A stretch of DNA of 64,000 nt from IMG/VR virus record IMGVR_UViG_3300031952_002809, positions 57,554-121,553 of that record; one strand, given 5' to 3'. This DNA is from a virus. Shown one piece after another: positions 1 to 10,700 of this stretch (position 1 is the first letter of the stretch; every line of letters begins with the position of its first letter). The position numbers and the translations under genes are program-made. The notes beneath the pieces are model-generated. The model was given only the letters and a program-made list of their open reading frames with translations, ran no database searches and was not told the origin of the DNA.

Positions 1-2127
1 CGAGTGGTTAATGTTCTCCTTCAAAACGATGGGGGTCTTATTGAAGTAAGCCCAGGCGGAGGTAAGACCATAAGTATGCTCGGTTTGATATCCATACTCA
101 AACAGCCCACACTTATTGTTACACATGAACATCGCTTGAGTGCTCAATGGATGACTGAGATACGTAATCGGTTGGGTGGTACTTATACTCTTGGGAAGTA
201 CGATGGTGATGTCAAAGAGGATGGGGATATCGTTGTTGGAATCATAAATAGTTTATACAATCTCTATCAAGAAAACCCAGGTTTCTTTGACAAATTTGGT
301 ACTATAATAGTGGATGAGTGTCTTGATCCAGATACTGTTATAACTGTTCCTACAGGAATAAAGAAGCTTCGTGATATTAAAGTTGGAGATACTGTTATAA
401 CCCCAACCGGAGCAGCTTTGGTAAAAAGAATTTGGACTACAACAAAAGAAGCTTTTAAATATAAAATGACTAATGGTAATTATTTAATAACATCTAAAGA
501 ACACATAGTGCATACTTATAGAGATTTTAATACTGGGTACGCAAGGGGTACTGAGAACAAACAAATACAAAATTGTAGCGGTCTCTTGTTTTTAAAAGAT
601 ATTCCCAAAGAGCGAATAATATCTGAATTTGATCTTATTAACTATTTGTACGGTTGGTTTATTGGGGATGGTACATGTGATAATAGCTATATAAACTTTT
701 CTTTTAGAAAGAAAGAAAAAATAGAATGCTTTGAAAATGCTTTTTCTGGCTATGATATGTTTAATAAATTTGGTAATTCACGGGGGGACTCTGTTTATCG
801 TCTAAAATCTGTTTATGAGGAGCAATTACACGACCGGTTTGATATTTACCACGGAAGAAAATCTGTGGATATGCGGCTTCCTGACTTTATTTATGCTACA
901 ACAGATATTTCTTTTATTCGTGGTTTATTTGAAGCTGATGGCTGTCGGCATGCTGATACTGGTACACAAAAACAAAATTCTATAGAACTCTCTCTTATAT
1001 TAAAAAATGTAATTTATCAAGTTGCAGATATGCTAAGGGGGATGGGTATCTATAATACAGTTACAGGGCTCACACACAGTAACTCCCAAGCAAGTTTAGT
1101 GTACAGAGTATCTATTCCTTCTTTCTATATAAATACCTTTAATGAAAAAATAGGATGGTTTGGTTATAAAAATATAATTATGAATCCTCGAAAAATAAAT
1201 AGAACTCCTTTCACTGCTCTTTCTATAAAATCAGTAGAACCTATGGGTAATCGTGATCTAATAGATATTGAATTAGAGGATGAAAATAAGCTATTTATAG
1301 CAAATGGTATAATTGTGCATAATTGCCATCATTTACCTGCTGAAATGTTTTTATCTGTTTTGAACAACATGCCAGCCAAATATAGAATTGGGGTAACAGG
1401 AACGGTTAAACGAAAGGATCAGAAGGAATTACTTACTTTTGATGTTTTGGGAAAAATACTTATAAAATTTGATGCTTCTGATTTGAAACATCGAATAACA
1501 ACCTTTGATTATCGTATAGTAAACACCAATATTCGTATGGAAATACCAACTATTTTTCGTTGGACCGGACAAAAAAGAGAAGATGTCCTTAATATGACAG
1601 AATTGCTAACTAAACTTGTCGAAAATAATGATAGGAACGCTATTATACTCAAGGAGGCGATTGACCTTATTCAGACTGGATACTTCCCATTGATACTGAG
1701 TGATCGAGTGCAGCATAATGAATATTTGCATGAACAACTTACTGCTTTGGGTATTAAAACTGTTCTGATGATTGGTAAAACTCGAAAGAAAACAAACTGG
1801 GATGTGACTAGAAATGATCAAACAATTCAATGTATTGTAGCCAATTCCAAAATAGCATCTGAAGGATTGGATCTTCCCAGATTATCTGCGTTAATATTAA
1901 CATGCCCATCTACAAATGTGCATAAGTTGAAACAGCAGATAGGAAGGATTCGAAGAGTTTGTGAGGGTAAACCTCTGCCAATGGTCGTAGATATCTGTGA
2001 TAATTTAGCGTGTACTCGTTCTGAGGATGATCCTAATTATTTATTACGGCATACCGCTAGAACGAGAATAAGATTTTATGAGAAATTAAAAAATGAATAT
2101 GACGATGTTGAGGATACCGATTCGTAA
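1..2127 (+). CDS. SF2 (DExH-box) helicase, 5'-truncated by window edge, intein-containing
   Basis: Walker A SPGGGKT; DE|CH motif split by intein; GVTGT; EGLDLPRL; QQIGRIRR motif VI; frame open from base 1. Confidence 0.9.
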   Translation, partial: RVVNVLLQNDGGLIEVSPGGGKTISMLGLISILKQPTLIVTHEHRLSAQWMTEIRNRLGGTYTLGKYDGDVKEDGDIVVGIINSLYNLYQENPGFFDKFGTIIVDECLDPDTVITVPTGIKKLRDIKVGDTVITPTGAALVKRIWTTTKEAFKYKMTNGNYLITSKEHIVHTYRDFNTGYARGTENKQIQNCSGLLFLKDIPKERIISEFDLINYLYGWFIGDGTCDNSYINFSFRKKEKIECFENAFSGYDMFNKFGNSRGDSVYRLKSVYEEQLHDRFDIYHGRKSVDMRLPDFIYATTDISFIRGLFEADGCRHADTGTQKQNSIELSLILKNVIYQVADMLRGMGIYNTVTGLTHSNSQASLVYRVSIPSFYINTFNEKIGWFGYKNIIMNPRKINRTPFTALSIKSVEPMGNRDLIDIELEDENKLFIANGIIVHNCHHLPAEMFLSVLNNMPAKYRIGVTGTVKRKDQKELLTFDVLGKILIKFDASDLKHRITTFDYRIVNTNIRMEIPTIFRWTGQKREDVLNMTELLTKLVENNDRNAIILKEAIDLIQTGYFPLILSDRVQHNEYLHEQLTALGIKTVLMIGKTRKKTNWDVTRNDQTIQCIVANSKIASEGLDLPRLSALILTCPSTNVHKLKQQIGRIRRVCEGKPLPMVVDICDNLACTRSEDDPNYLLRHTARTRIRFYEKLKNEYDDVEDTDS
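319..1323 (+). mobile_element. Intein with LAGLIDADG homing endonuclease (335 aa)
   Basis: Begins CLDPDT, ends IVHN followed by C; motifs YLYGWFIGDG and FIRGLFEADG; removal restores IVDECHH. Confidence 0.93.
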
Positions 2128-2150
2128 AATACAGTTCTCCAAACCTTCGT

Positions 2151-2930
2151 ATGAGGGGATTTGCAAAATATGGAATCCCTATGGAAGAGCAAGCGTGCTA
2201 CAAAGAAGGAATGAGTATAAGCCGTAATTTCGAACATCGGGAAGAAAAAGAAACACGGAAATTATACGATATTATTAAAAGAGCCATTGTTCTCATTCAG
2301 GAGGGATCTCCCTATGAACGAGAGAAGGCTACTTATTTTTTAACTGAATTATTTGAACCATACATACGAAAGATTTCTAACAAATTATATAGAAATCTAC
2401 ATGGGGCTCAGGATTACGCAGATATATTGCAGGAAACATATACGATGTTTCTTACATTATTAAATAAATATAATCCAAAAGTATCTGCTTTCAGTTATTA
2501 TATAGGAATTATGTTGCCTCAGCACATGAATAGATGGGCTGAAAAGGAAATAGTATATACTAGTGTTAATACTCCCATTGACATTGAAGAATATTCCTTA
2601 GTAGATCCATCATTTAAAAATGCTAATGTTGTATCTGATTATTTGAATGCATACGTTCTTACTCGAGAATACCAGGAATTTATAAAAAAAAGAGCTGAGC
2701 GTCAATCTCGTAGTGGAACAGTGAGTCAGGTTTGTTATAGATACTTTTTGGGTAGCGATACGTGCTCGGAGATTGCTCGAGACTTAGGAATCTCATACCA
2801 CGCAGTCTATGAAATTATTGGAAAGATAAAAAAGGAATTGCAGCAATTCTTCTATACTAGTGCTTTTTCTGGATGTGTTATTTCAAGTACAGGAATAGTT
2901 CAGAAGGATGTAACGTATGGACAGTATTAA
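2151..2930 (+). CDS. Phage sigma70-family RNA polymerase sigma factor
   Basis: Region 2-like ADILQETYTMFLTLLNKYNPKVSAFSYYI; region 4 HTH TCSEIARDLGISYHAVYEII; start uncertain. Confidence 0.8.
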   Translation: MRGFAKYGIPMEEQACYKEGMSISRNFEHREEKETRKLYDIIKRAIVLIQEGSPYEREKATYFLTELFEPYIRKISNKLYRNLHGAQDYADILQETYTMFLTLLNKYNPKVSAFSYYIGIMLPQHMNRWAEKEIVYTSVNTPIDIEEYSLVDPSFKNANVVSDYLNAYVLTREYQEFIKKRAERQSRSGTVSQVCYRYFLGSDTCSEIARDLGISYHAVYEIIGKIKKELQQFFYTSAFSGCVISSTGIVQKDVTYGQY

Positions 2931-3132
2931 ACATATACATGTTGCAATACCAGAGCATGTGTATTTTCATTTTAAACATAAATGTTCTTTTTTTGAATTG
3001 TCTCGCTCGGATGTTTTAGTAACATTGATTGAGAAATTTATTGATGGCGATTTTGATACAGATTTCGGCTTAGAGGTGTTTTTACATGCGGGACATCGGG
3101 ATACTGACGCATCCAATAGACAAAGAAAATGA
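2917..3132 (+). CDS. Small ribbon-helix-helix-like protein
   Basis: IHVAIPEHVY..FKHKC....LSRSDVLVTLIEKFI pattern; overlaps neighbours. Confidence 0.45.
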   Translation: MDSIKHIHVAIPEHVYFHFKHKCSFFELSRSDVLVTLIEKFIDGDFDTDFGLEVFLHAGHRDTDASNRQRK

Positions 3133-4558
3133 ATGTCTTGTTATTGCCAATGCTTTAAAAAATGCTGAAAACAGGGAAATCTTTGTTCGAAGAGTTGCGT
3201 ATAATCTATTCAGACTAAAGGAATACCAAACACTCGCCTGGGGAATTCTTGAAGTAAGCAAATCTGGAATAGAATTTAATCCTGACGCAGTTCGACTTAA
3301 ATCACAGGCATGCCCAGTTCGCTATACGGTTGATCTTCCATTTATTCAGAATCTGATAACTAACTATCCTGATATTCCTGTATCAAACTTCATCGAACAT
3401 GTTGAAAAGCTGACTGTTGACAGTGTTAAGCAAAGCATGATCGATTACATGACAACAACTATATTTCCTGCATGCACCAATCCAACAATAACTTTGGCTG
3501 AATTAGATCAAAGATTTCTATATGGTAAAACTATTATTGAGCGAGGCTACTCATCTTCAAAGATGGGATTTAAAACACTTTCTGAGGTTGCTGCAGAATA
3601 CGATATAATGAAAGCTACCGGTACAAGTAAGCGTCCAACCGGATTTATCCAACTCGATCGTTATCTTACTGAAGGATTTAAAGATGGTCAAATAACTACT
3701 GTCGCAGCCCTCGCATCTCACGGAAAATCTAGTTTATGTCTCTCCATGATGAAGAATCTTAGTCAATTGGAACAACCTGTTCCTGTAGCACAATTTGCTT
3801 TGGAGATGAATAACACATCTCTATTCACAAAACTTCTTGCATTTCGAACACATTTACCTATATCTACTATTGTAAAAAAACCGGAAGATTTATCCTCTGA
3901 CGAATTAAGTATATATGAGCATGAAAAGCAACAGCTCGCATTGAACAGGCATATTTTTTTGAATGATAAGCCTTCTCAAAATATAGCCAGCGTTCGAGAA
4001 CAGATTCTTCTATTACAGGATCATATTAAACAACAATATATGGTTGTTGTTATAGATCTTTTTGGTAAACTCAGCGACCTGCAATCAAGTGATAATTTTG
4101 CTCGAGATTATGAAAAGAAATTAAATGAGATTCAAGTTATGGTGAGAGAGCTTGGTGTACACATGATTCTTGTTGCACAGCTTAATAGAGAGGTTGGAAA
4201 GAAGAACAGACGACCTACTATGAATGATCTTAAAAACTCCCATGCTCTTACTGAAGTGAGTGATATAATATTTGGGATACATCGTCCTTATTATGATCCA
4301 GAAAAAACATTCAAACAATATCTTACCTATGGCATGCCTCAAGATACAGACGATGAATATGAAGATGATAGTAAGATAATAGAGACAGATCCTAACCAGA
4401 ACGTTGCTGAGGTTATTATTCTTAAACAACGAATGGGTCCAAAGGATGTTCTCATAAATTTTACATTTGATCCTGTAACTACTTGTTTTTCTCCTGTTAC
4501 TGAAATGTACCAGCAACAACTAAATATTCGTAAAATTGAAGAAGAAGACGAAGAATAG
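3086..4558 (+). CDS. dnaB: DnaB-like replicative helicase
   Basis: PTGFIQLD, AALASHGKS, ALEM, VVIDL, LVAQLNRE, RPTMNDLKNS, AEVIILKQRMG. Confidence 0.9.
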   Translation: MRDIGILTHPIDKENECLVIANALKNAENREIFVRRVAYNLFRLKEYQTLAWGILEVSKSGIEFNPDAVRLKSQACPVRYTVDLPFIQNLITNYPDIPVSNFIEHVEKLTVDSVKQSMIDYMTTTIFPACTNPTITLAELDQRFLYGKTIIERGYSSSKMGFKTLSEVAAEYDIMKATGTSKRPTGFIQLDRYLTEGFKDGQITTVAALASHGKSSLCLSMMKNLSQLEQPVPVAQFALEMNNTSLFTKLLAFRTHLPISTIVKKPEDLSSDELSIYEHEKQQLALNRHIFLNDKPSQNIASVREQILLLQDHIKQQYMVVVIDLFGKLSDLQSSDNFARDYEKKLNEIQVMVRELGVHMILVAQLNREVGKKNRRPTMNDLKNSHALTEVSDIIFGIHRPYYDPEKTFKQYLTYGMPQDTDDEYEDDSKIIETDPNQNVAEVIILKQRMGPKDVLINFTFDPVTTCFSPVTEMYQQQLNIRKIEEEDEE

Positions 4559-4663
4559 ACTTAAAAAAGTCCCAAAAATATACTTAAAAAATAACTCTTT
4601 CCACCTATATTTCCCCATTAGATAACACTCTTCACCCATCTGTATACACTGTACCTACTATGC

Positions 4664-5344
4664 TTGGAGGAATCAATGAGCATTATAAGCAATATTAAGA
4701 ATATATATAGTAAGAAATCCATTCAAATAGAGCCTCCCGAAACAATAAGTGTCCAGCCTTTAGTAGAAAGAAAAACCGTAGATATCATCATTGATCGCCA
4801 AATAAGAACTAAATATCAAGCTGGGTGGATAGACAAAATAAGAACTAATCCGATAACTGAAATTGTTTTGCATGGAACAGCAGGCGGTACAACTGCCGAA
4901 GGACTTCTTTTGTGGATGCTTAGTGGGGAACGAGCAAAGGAGTATTACAAAGGAATAGCGTTATTTCATTATGCAATAGATCGAGATGAGCCACATATTG
5001 TGGAAATAATCGACCCTTCATATTGGGTATACCATTCAAGTTCGGGAAGTCATGACAAAGAAACTATTGGTATTGAACTAGTAAATCCCTCTAAAACAAA
5101 TAGAGCCGAGTATACAGATAATCAATATGAAATGGTTTTTAATTTAGTGTTCAAACATCTTCTTCCAACATACCCTTCTATAAATAAAATAGTTTCTCAC
5201 GATTACAATATGAAAACATTTTCTGGATTACCTCCGAAGGGATGCCCTGGAACTGGTTTTGATTGGACTCTCCTTGAAAAAAAATTAACTAGCAATAACA
5301 AGAAATTTACTAAGATCGAAACTGGTTCATACCAGTTAGCTTAG
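4664..5344 (+). CDS. N-acetylmuramoyl-L-alanine amidase (Amidase_2 type), probable endolysin
   Basis: IVLHGTAG, HYAID, IGIELVN, VSHD, KGCPG zinc-amidase motifs. Confidence 0.85.
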   Translation: MEESMSIISNIKNIYSKKSIQIEPPETISVQPLVERKTVDIIIDRQIRTKYQAGWIDKIRTNPITEIVLHGTAGGTTAEGLLLWMLSGERAKEYYKGIALFHYAIDRDEPHIVEIIDPSYWVYHSSSGSHDKETIGIELVNPSKTNRAEYTDNQYEMVFNLVFKHLLPTYPSINKIVSHDYNMKTFSGLPPKGCPGTGFDWTLLEKKLTSNNKKFTKIETGSYQLA

Positions 5345-5397
5345 TATATTCTGGTAGGATTTTTTGAAAAAGAAGTTATCACACAATAGGATACGTA

Positions 5398-6813
5398 ATG
5401 GCTACTAGTGGTTATATGGTAGGACCCGTAGGGCCGGTAGGACCAAAAGGAGTTCCCGGCCCCCAAGGACCCGTTGGGCCAGGAGGTCCTCCTGGATCTC
5501 GAGGACTCCAAGGACCATCTGGAGGACCTCCTGGTCCGCAAGGACTCCAAGGCATAAAGGGTGCCACTGGATCTCAAGGACCATCTGGACCTCAAGGTCC
5601 TCGTGGATTAGTAGGATATTCTGGAGCTCCTGGGCCTCCAGGAGTACCAGGTCCTGCTGGTCTGCAGGGTGTTCAGGGAGAAAAAGGAGACACTGGTCCA
5701 GCAGGAGCTGATGGTGCCCCTCTTATATGGAAAGGATCTTTTTCGACAGCGCCTCTTTCTCCACAATTAAACTGGGCATATTATAACACAACTGATAAGA
5801 AATCCTATGTTTGGAATGGGACTAGTTGGAATATTGTTGCTCAGGATGGTCAAACGGGTGCTGAAGGTCCACAGGGGGATGCTGGTATATCTTTGCTGTG
5901 GCAAGGTTCTTTTGATACCCCTCCACCTGATCCTTTGCTTAACTGGGCTTATTATAATACTATCGATAAGAAATCGTATATTTGGAACTCTTCTGTCTGG
6001 ACTCTCGTTGCACAAGATGGCGATACAGGCCCACAAGGTGTTCAAGGTCCTCCTGGGGTAGATGGTATTTCTATATTTTGGAAAGGTTCTCTTTCGGCAC
6101 CGCCATCTGATCCTTTGCTTAACTGGGCTTATTACAGTATACCAGATAAAAAATCATACATATGGGATTCTGTAAGTTGGACTATGCTTGTTCAAGACGG
6201 TGCGCAGGGGTCGCAGGGAGAACAAGGTATTCAGGGTATTCCAGGCCCCCCTGGGCATGGAAATGTAGATGGCCCTGGTTCAGCCATCGTAGGTCATATA
6301 GCAACTTTTGCTACTAGCAGCGGTGAATACTTAGCAGATAGCGGTTTTTTTGCACAGGATGCCACAACCTTCGATAAAGGCTTTGTTCAACTTTCTAATA
6401 ACTATCTGGGAACTTCAGAAAGCCTTGCTGTGACTGAGCTTGCTCTGTCTGGCGGTATGGCATCAAAACAAACTGCTAGTCCTAATTTAACTGCCATCGC
6501 CGCTTGTTTTTCAGCGGGTGAAATTACTGCCACATCAACCGGTACGTATCTATTAGATACGGTACCTCTTTTAGCTGGAGGGCACTCTGTTAAATGGTTA
6601 TTAGGATATGCTGATTCTTCTAGATATAAAGCAGAGGAAGTATTGGCTGTAGAAATGAATGGATCGGTTACATATAACCGATATGCTAGTGTAGGGTATG
6701 ATTTTAACGTATCCATTGACCTAATTTCAGATACAGTTAATATATATTTATATATAACCTATGATGAGATGAACACTATGAAATTTTCGTTTAAACGATT
6801 TATCATTCAATAA
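5398..6813 (+). CDS. Collagen-like virion protein with three WxGS..P.LNWAYY repeats
   Basis: Long G-X-Y tract, three ~58-aa repeats, C-terminal beta domain. Confidence 0.8.
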   Translation: MATSGYMVGPVGPVGPKGVPGPQGPVGPGGPPGSRGLQGPSGGPPGPQGLQGIKGATGSQGPSGPQGPRGLVGYSGAPGPPGVPGPAGLQGVQGEKGDTGPAGADGAPLIWKGSFSTAPLSPQLNWAYYNTTDKKSYVWNGTSWNIVAQDGQTGAEGPQGDAGISLLWQGSFDTPPPDPLLNWAYYNTIDKKSYIWNSSVWTLVAQDGDTGPQGVQGPPGVDGISIFWKGSLSAPPSDPLLNWAYYSIPDKKSYIWDSVSWTMLVQDGAQGSQGEQGIQGIPGPPGHGNVDGPGSAIVGHIATFATSSGEYLADSGFFAQDATTFDKGFVQLSNNYLGTSESLAVTELALSGGMASKQTASPNLTAIAACFSAGEITATSTGTYLLDTVPLLAGGHSVKWLLGYADSSRYKAEEVLAVEMNGSVTYNRYASVGYDFNVSIDLISDTVNIYLYITYDEMNTMKFSFKRFIIQ

Positions 6814-6828
6814 GAGAGAGGTGCTATT

Positions 6829-7707
6829 ATGGCTAAAGATTATTTTAGAATTAGTAAGGGGCTGAGTATTGATAACATTACTGATATCCTGTACGGGTCG
6901 GCTGACCCCTCGGCTGGCGGTGGTGTCGTTGCTCCGATAAGTTCTATTTATTGCAGGACTACTGATGGGTCAACCTGGCATAAAACCGGTGCTTTGGCTA
7001 CAGACTGGGTTAAGTTTTTAGATGCGCAGGGAGCTAGTGTAGAAGATACCGATCAGAACTCATTCATGGGTAAAACCTCTACAGGTGCTATTCTGCCCAT
7101 TTACACAGAGCAAAATCATGTGTTAACCAATGATTCTCTGATGCTTGCTGTTGACAAGTTGGATATGTATTTAGGTGCAGGTCCGTCAGTCAATGTCAGA
7201 ACAAACTATCCAATAACAAGTACAGGTGATGTTAATGCTAACATCCAAGCATTAGATGATGCTATCGGTACAGATGCGCAGATGACATCTTTGAACTACA
7301 TTGCTGTAGCTAATAGCATTGATAGTAACTTGTCTGCATTGGATGCTGCGATTAAAGCTAAGAATCCTTTTGCAATTGCAGCTACAAATCAACCTACTTC
7401 TACTGGTCTTGCAGCAGATACTCTTGCATTTGCTACATACTCCAGTGCTGAGTGGTTGGTTACTGTTCAGTCTACTAATTCAAGGCAAAACAGGGCTGTC
7501 TACAAAGTTGTTGCATTGAACGATAGTGTTTCAGCCATTGATTATACTTTGTTTTCTATTCTTTATGTTGGTTCTGCTATCACCGGTCTGGCTATATCTG
7601 TGGATCTTAGCGAGGGTGACATGAGACTTCTCATTGCATGTGGTGAGAATATTGATTACGACATACAGAGAATAGCTCAAGCATCTCTGCCGGGAGCGAT
7701 TACATAG
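6829..7707 (+). CDS. Putative virion structural protein
   Basis: N-terminus similar to 7770 ORF, C-terminus similar to 5398 ORF; strong RBS. Confidence 0.65.
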   Translation: MAKDYFRISKGLSIDNITDILYGSADPSAGGGVVAPISSIYCRTTDGSTWHKTGALATDWVKFLDAQGASVEDTDQNSFMGKTSTGAILPIYTEQNHVLTNDSLMLAVDKLDMYLGAGPSVNVRTNYPITSTGDVNANIQALDDAIGTDAQMTSLNYIAVANSIDSNLSALDAAIKAKNPFAIAATNQPTSTGLAADTLAFATYSSAEWLVTVQSTNSRQNRAVYKVVALNDSVSAIDYTLFSILYVGSAITGLAISVDLSEGDMRLLIACGENIDYDIQRIAQASLPGAIT

Positions 7708-7769
7708 GTATAGTATCGCTGGTAATGCATATGTCCACAGAATCTATATATTTAGATAAGGTTAGATGA

Positions 7770-10700
7770 ATGGCACTAATTGATCGAGCATTTGATGTAC
7801 TGAATGGAATATCCCTCGGTGATACGGTAGGGATATTCTATTCGGATGCGTCACCTAATACAAGTGGTTTAGATTCCCCTGAGGGGTCTATTGCTTTGCA
7901 AGTACCTCCTTCAGGAGAACCTCAGCTTTGGAAAAAGTTTGGATCAAGTTCTACAGCATGGAAAAAACTTCAAACTAAGACGTACACATCTACGGGAATT
8001 CCTACTACGAACAATGACGGTGTAGACACGGCTGGTATTGGTATTACTTTTGAACCAGGTGATCTTTGGATAAATACCGATACCAGTACGGGTTTTTATG
8101 TTTGTTTTCAGAATACGACCGGTTCTGCTCTTTGGGGTCAGGCTGGCGGGGCTGCTAGCTTTGAGTCAAGCACAGCTAATATTAAGATGGATGGGACTGC
8201 TTCAGTTGGTGAACTGAACACAGTTCCAAGAGCCGATCACGTCCACCCTTCAGATACTTCAAAGCAGAATGCACACGCTATTGGAAATCTTACTACTTCA
8301 ACTGGCTTACTTGTTTCTGGGGGAACCGGGGCGGTTATAGGAAGTGGAACAGTCTTATCTCTTCCACAACTACTTGGTCCTAGTGATTCTCCTACTTTTG
8401 TTGATGTAACTCTTTCAAGCATGCACAGAACTGTAAGTGCTCTTGGAACTGATACTAAAATGGCAACAGGTGTTCCTTTTGGAGAAAGAGGAAAGTTTAA
8501 AGTTGCCTTTACATACAGCGCTCCAAACATTGTAGCTACCATTTCCTTTGTTGGAGCAAATACATCGTTTTCGTATTATATCAGTGGAAAGAAATTTACA
8601 GTAACCTCAACCGGACTTTCTGCATACACAAAATCAGCAACGGCAGCAGAAGGAACATGGTACTTTTATATAAACCAATCAACGACTGATGTTAATGCTC
8701 CCGACGTGTCTTTGTCTCAGATTCCCTGGACTATCTACGATCCAGATGTTCTTTTATGGAATGCATACTACAACGCAACTGCTACTGATATAACCTGGGT
8801 TGGTGAAGAGCGTCATACCGCCGGTAGAGATATTTATAATCATGCAAGAAATCATGCTCAAGGTGCTATATATAAATCTGGATTGCTGTTTAGTCAATAC
8901 AATGGGCTAACCGCTTTCTCATCAAATACTGACAACAATTTTGGAAGAGCGCAGGCTATAGTGAGCAGTGGCTCATTCTATGATGAAGACATCCAAAATA
9001 CTATATCGCATACAGATGCTTCAATTACTTCCACTACTAGCTCACCCGCAACGGGTTGGAATTTAACAGTAAATCAATTTCTTGGATTCACTGCATTGGC
9101 TACCACTGGAACCAATGCAACAACGATAGTATTTACAACAACTCGAACACTGGCTACCGGTCAAGCTGTTACAGTTATGACAGGAAATACAACGACTGTT
9201 CGTGGAACAACTACGATAACAACAGGTGGAACGAGTACATCGTTTACTGTATCCTCAGTAACTGGATTAGCATCAGGTGACGCTATCGTAATTGGAGCAC
9301 GAATTCCTATTTATTATATATCTGCCGTTGCTGGTGGAGTTTATACCTGGAGAAAGCTTACATCAACTGATTTTCTTGGTGTATCCGGTGGAGTGGCAAT
9401 AACTGCTGCTACTATTGCGTCAGCAACATGTCAGTACAATAATGCTACTGCTGGTGGCTTTGCAACAATAACTGCAAATAGATATTATCCAATGTATCTA
9501 ATTGCAACGAATATGACTAGTGAACCTGTTATTGCTGTACTTGGGCAGGGACAATCAACAAATGCAACTCTAGCTACGGCGCTAGGAGAGGCTCCATTTC
9601 AATTTGCAAACGTAGCAGGATTATCTGGGTTAGGTATACAAGAAGCCGTACCATTTTATCGATTAACATATCATTACAATACGGGTGGGGCTTTTACCAA
9701 TACTCGCATAAAAGTAGTTGATGTTACTTTTCTTAATTTACGTGTATCAACTGTGTCTGGAACTGTTATAGGTTCTTCTCCGTCTACAATGGCAGCATCT
9801 CAGGTTACAACAGATACTACTAATTTCAGTAATGTACTTTCAACAAGTGATACCACTGTTCAGAACGCACTTGATACTATTGATGATCACGTTCACAATA
9901 CGTATTGGGGCGGTACAGATTCAGGAAGCACAAACGCTTTTGTTGTTACTCCTTCTCCAGCGGCTACAGCATATACTGCAGGAATGGTTGTTCGATTCAA
10001 AGCCAACTCAACAAATACCGGAGCAAGTACAATAAACGTAAATGCTCTTGGTACCAAAACAATAAAGAAAAATGGACTGAGTGATCTTGTCAGCAATGAT
10101 ATTGTTTCAGGTCAGATAGTAACATTAGTATATGATGGAACATATTTTCAACTTCAGGTTGTTGAAGGAATAGTTTCGTACGCTCTTGTATCTGATGCAG
10201 AAGCAGCAACTGGATTTGGAAACAATCTGTGCTATGTAGTTGCTACTGATACTTTATATCGATATATCGCTGCTGGTTCAGCATATACCGACGATAACAA
10301 ATATGTTTTAAGCACAGGTTCTGGTGGAAACACAAGATGGGTTGGTGTTGCTGGTAGATATATTTATACGTCAACGAATGTATTCTATGGATTTGAATCT
10401 TCATTCTCCACAAGTTCTGGAATGTACAATACATCTTTTGGAACGAATAGTCTATACACTAATTCGGCTGGTGGAGCAAACGTTGCTGTTGGGCATAATG
10501 CTTTATATTCTTCTAATGCCGACTCAAATACAGCTGTAGGCAAAAGCGCTGGTTCTTCTACTACAGGCGGATACAATACTTATATTGGAAATAGTAGTGG
10601 TACTAATGCCACGTCAGGGACAGGCAACACAGCGGTAGGCTTTTCAGCTTATTCTGGTGCAAGCGGACCAACATATGCAACAGGTTCCAGCAACGTTGCA

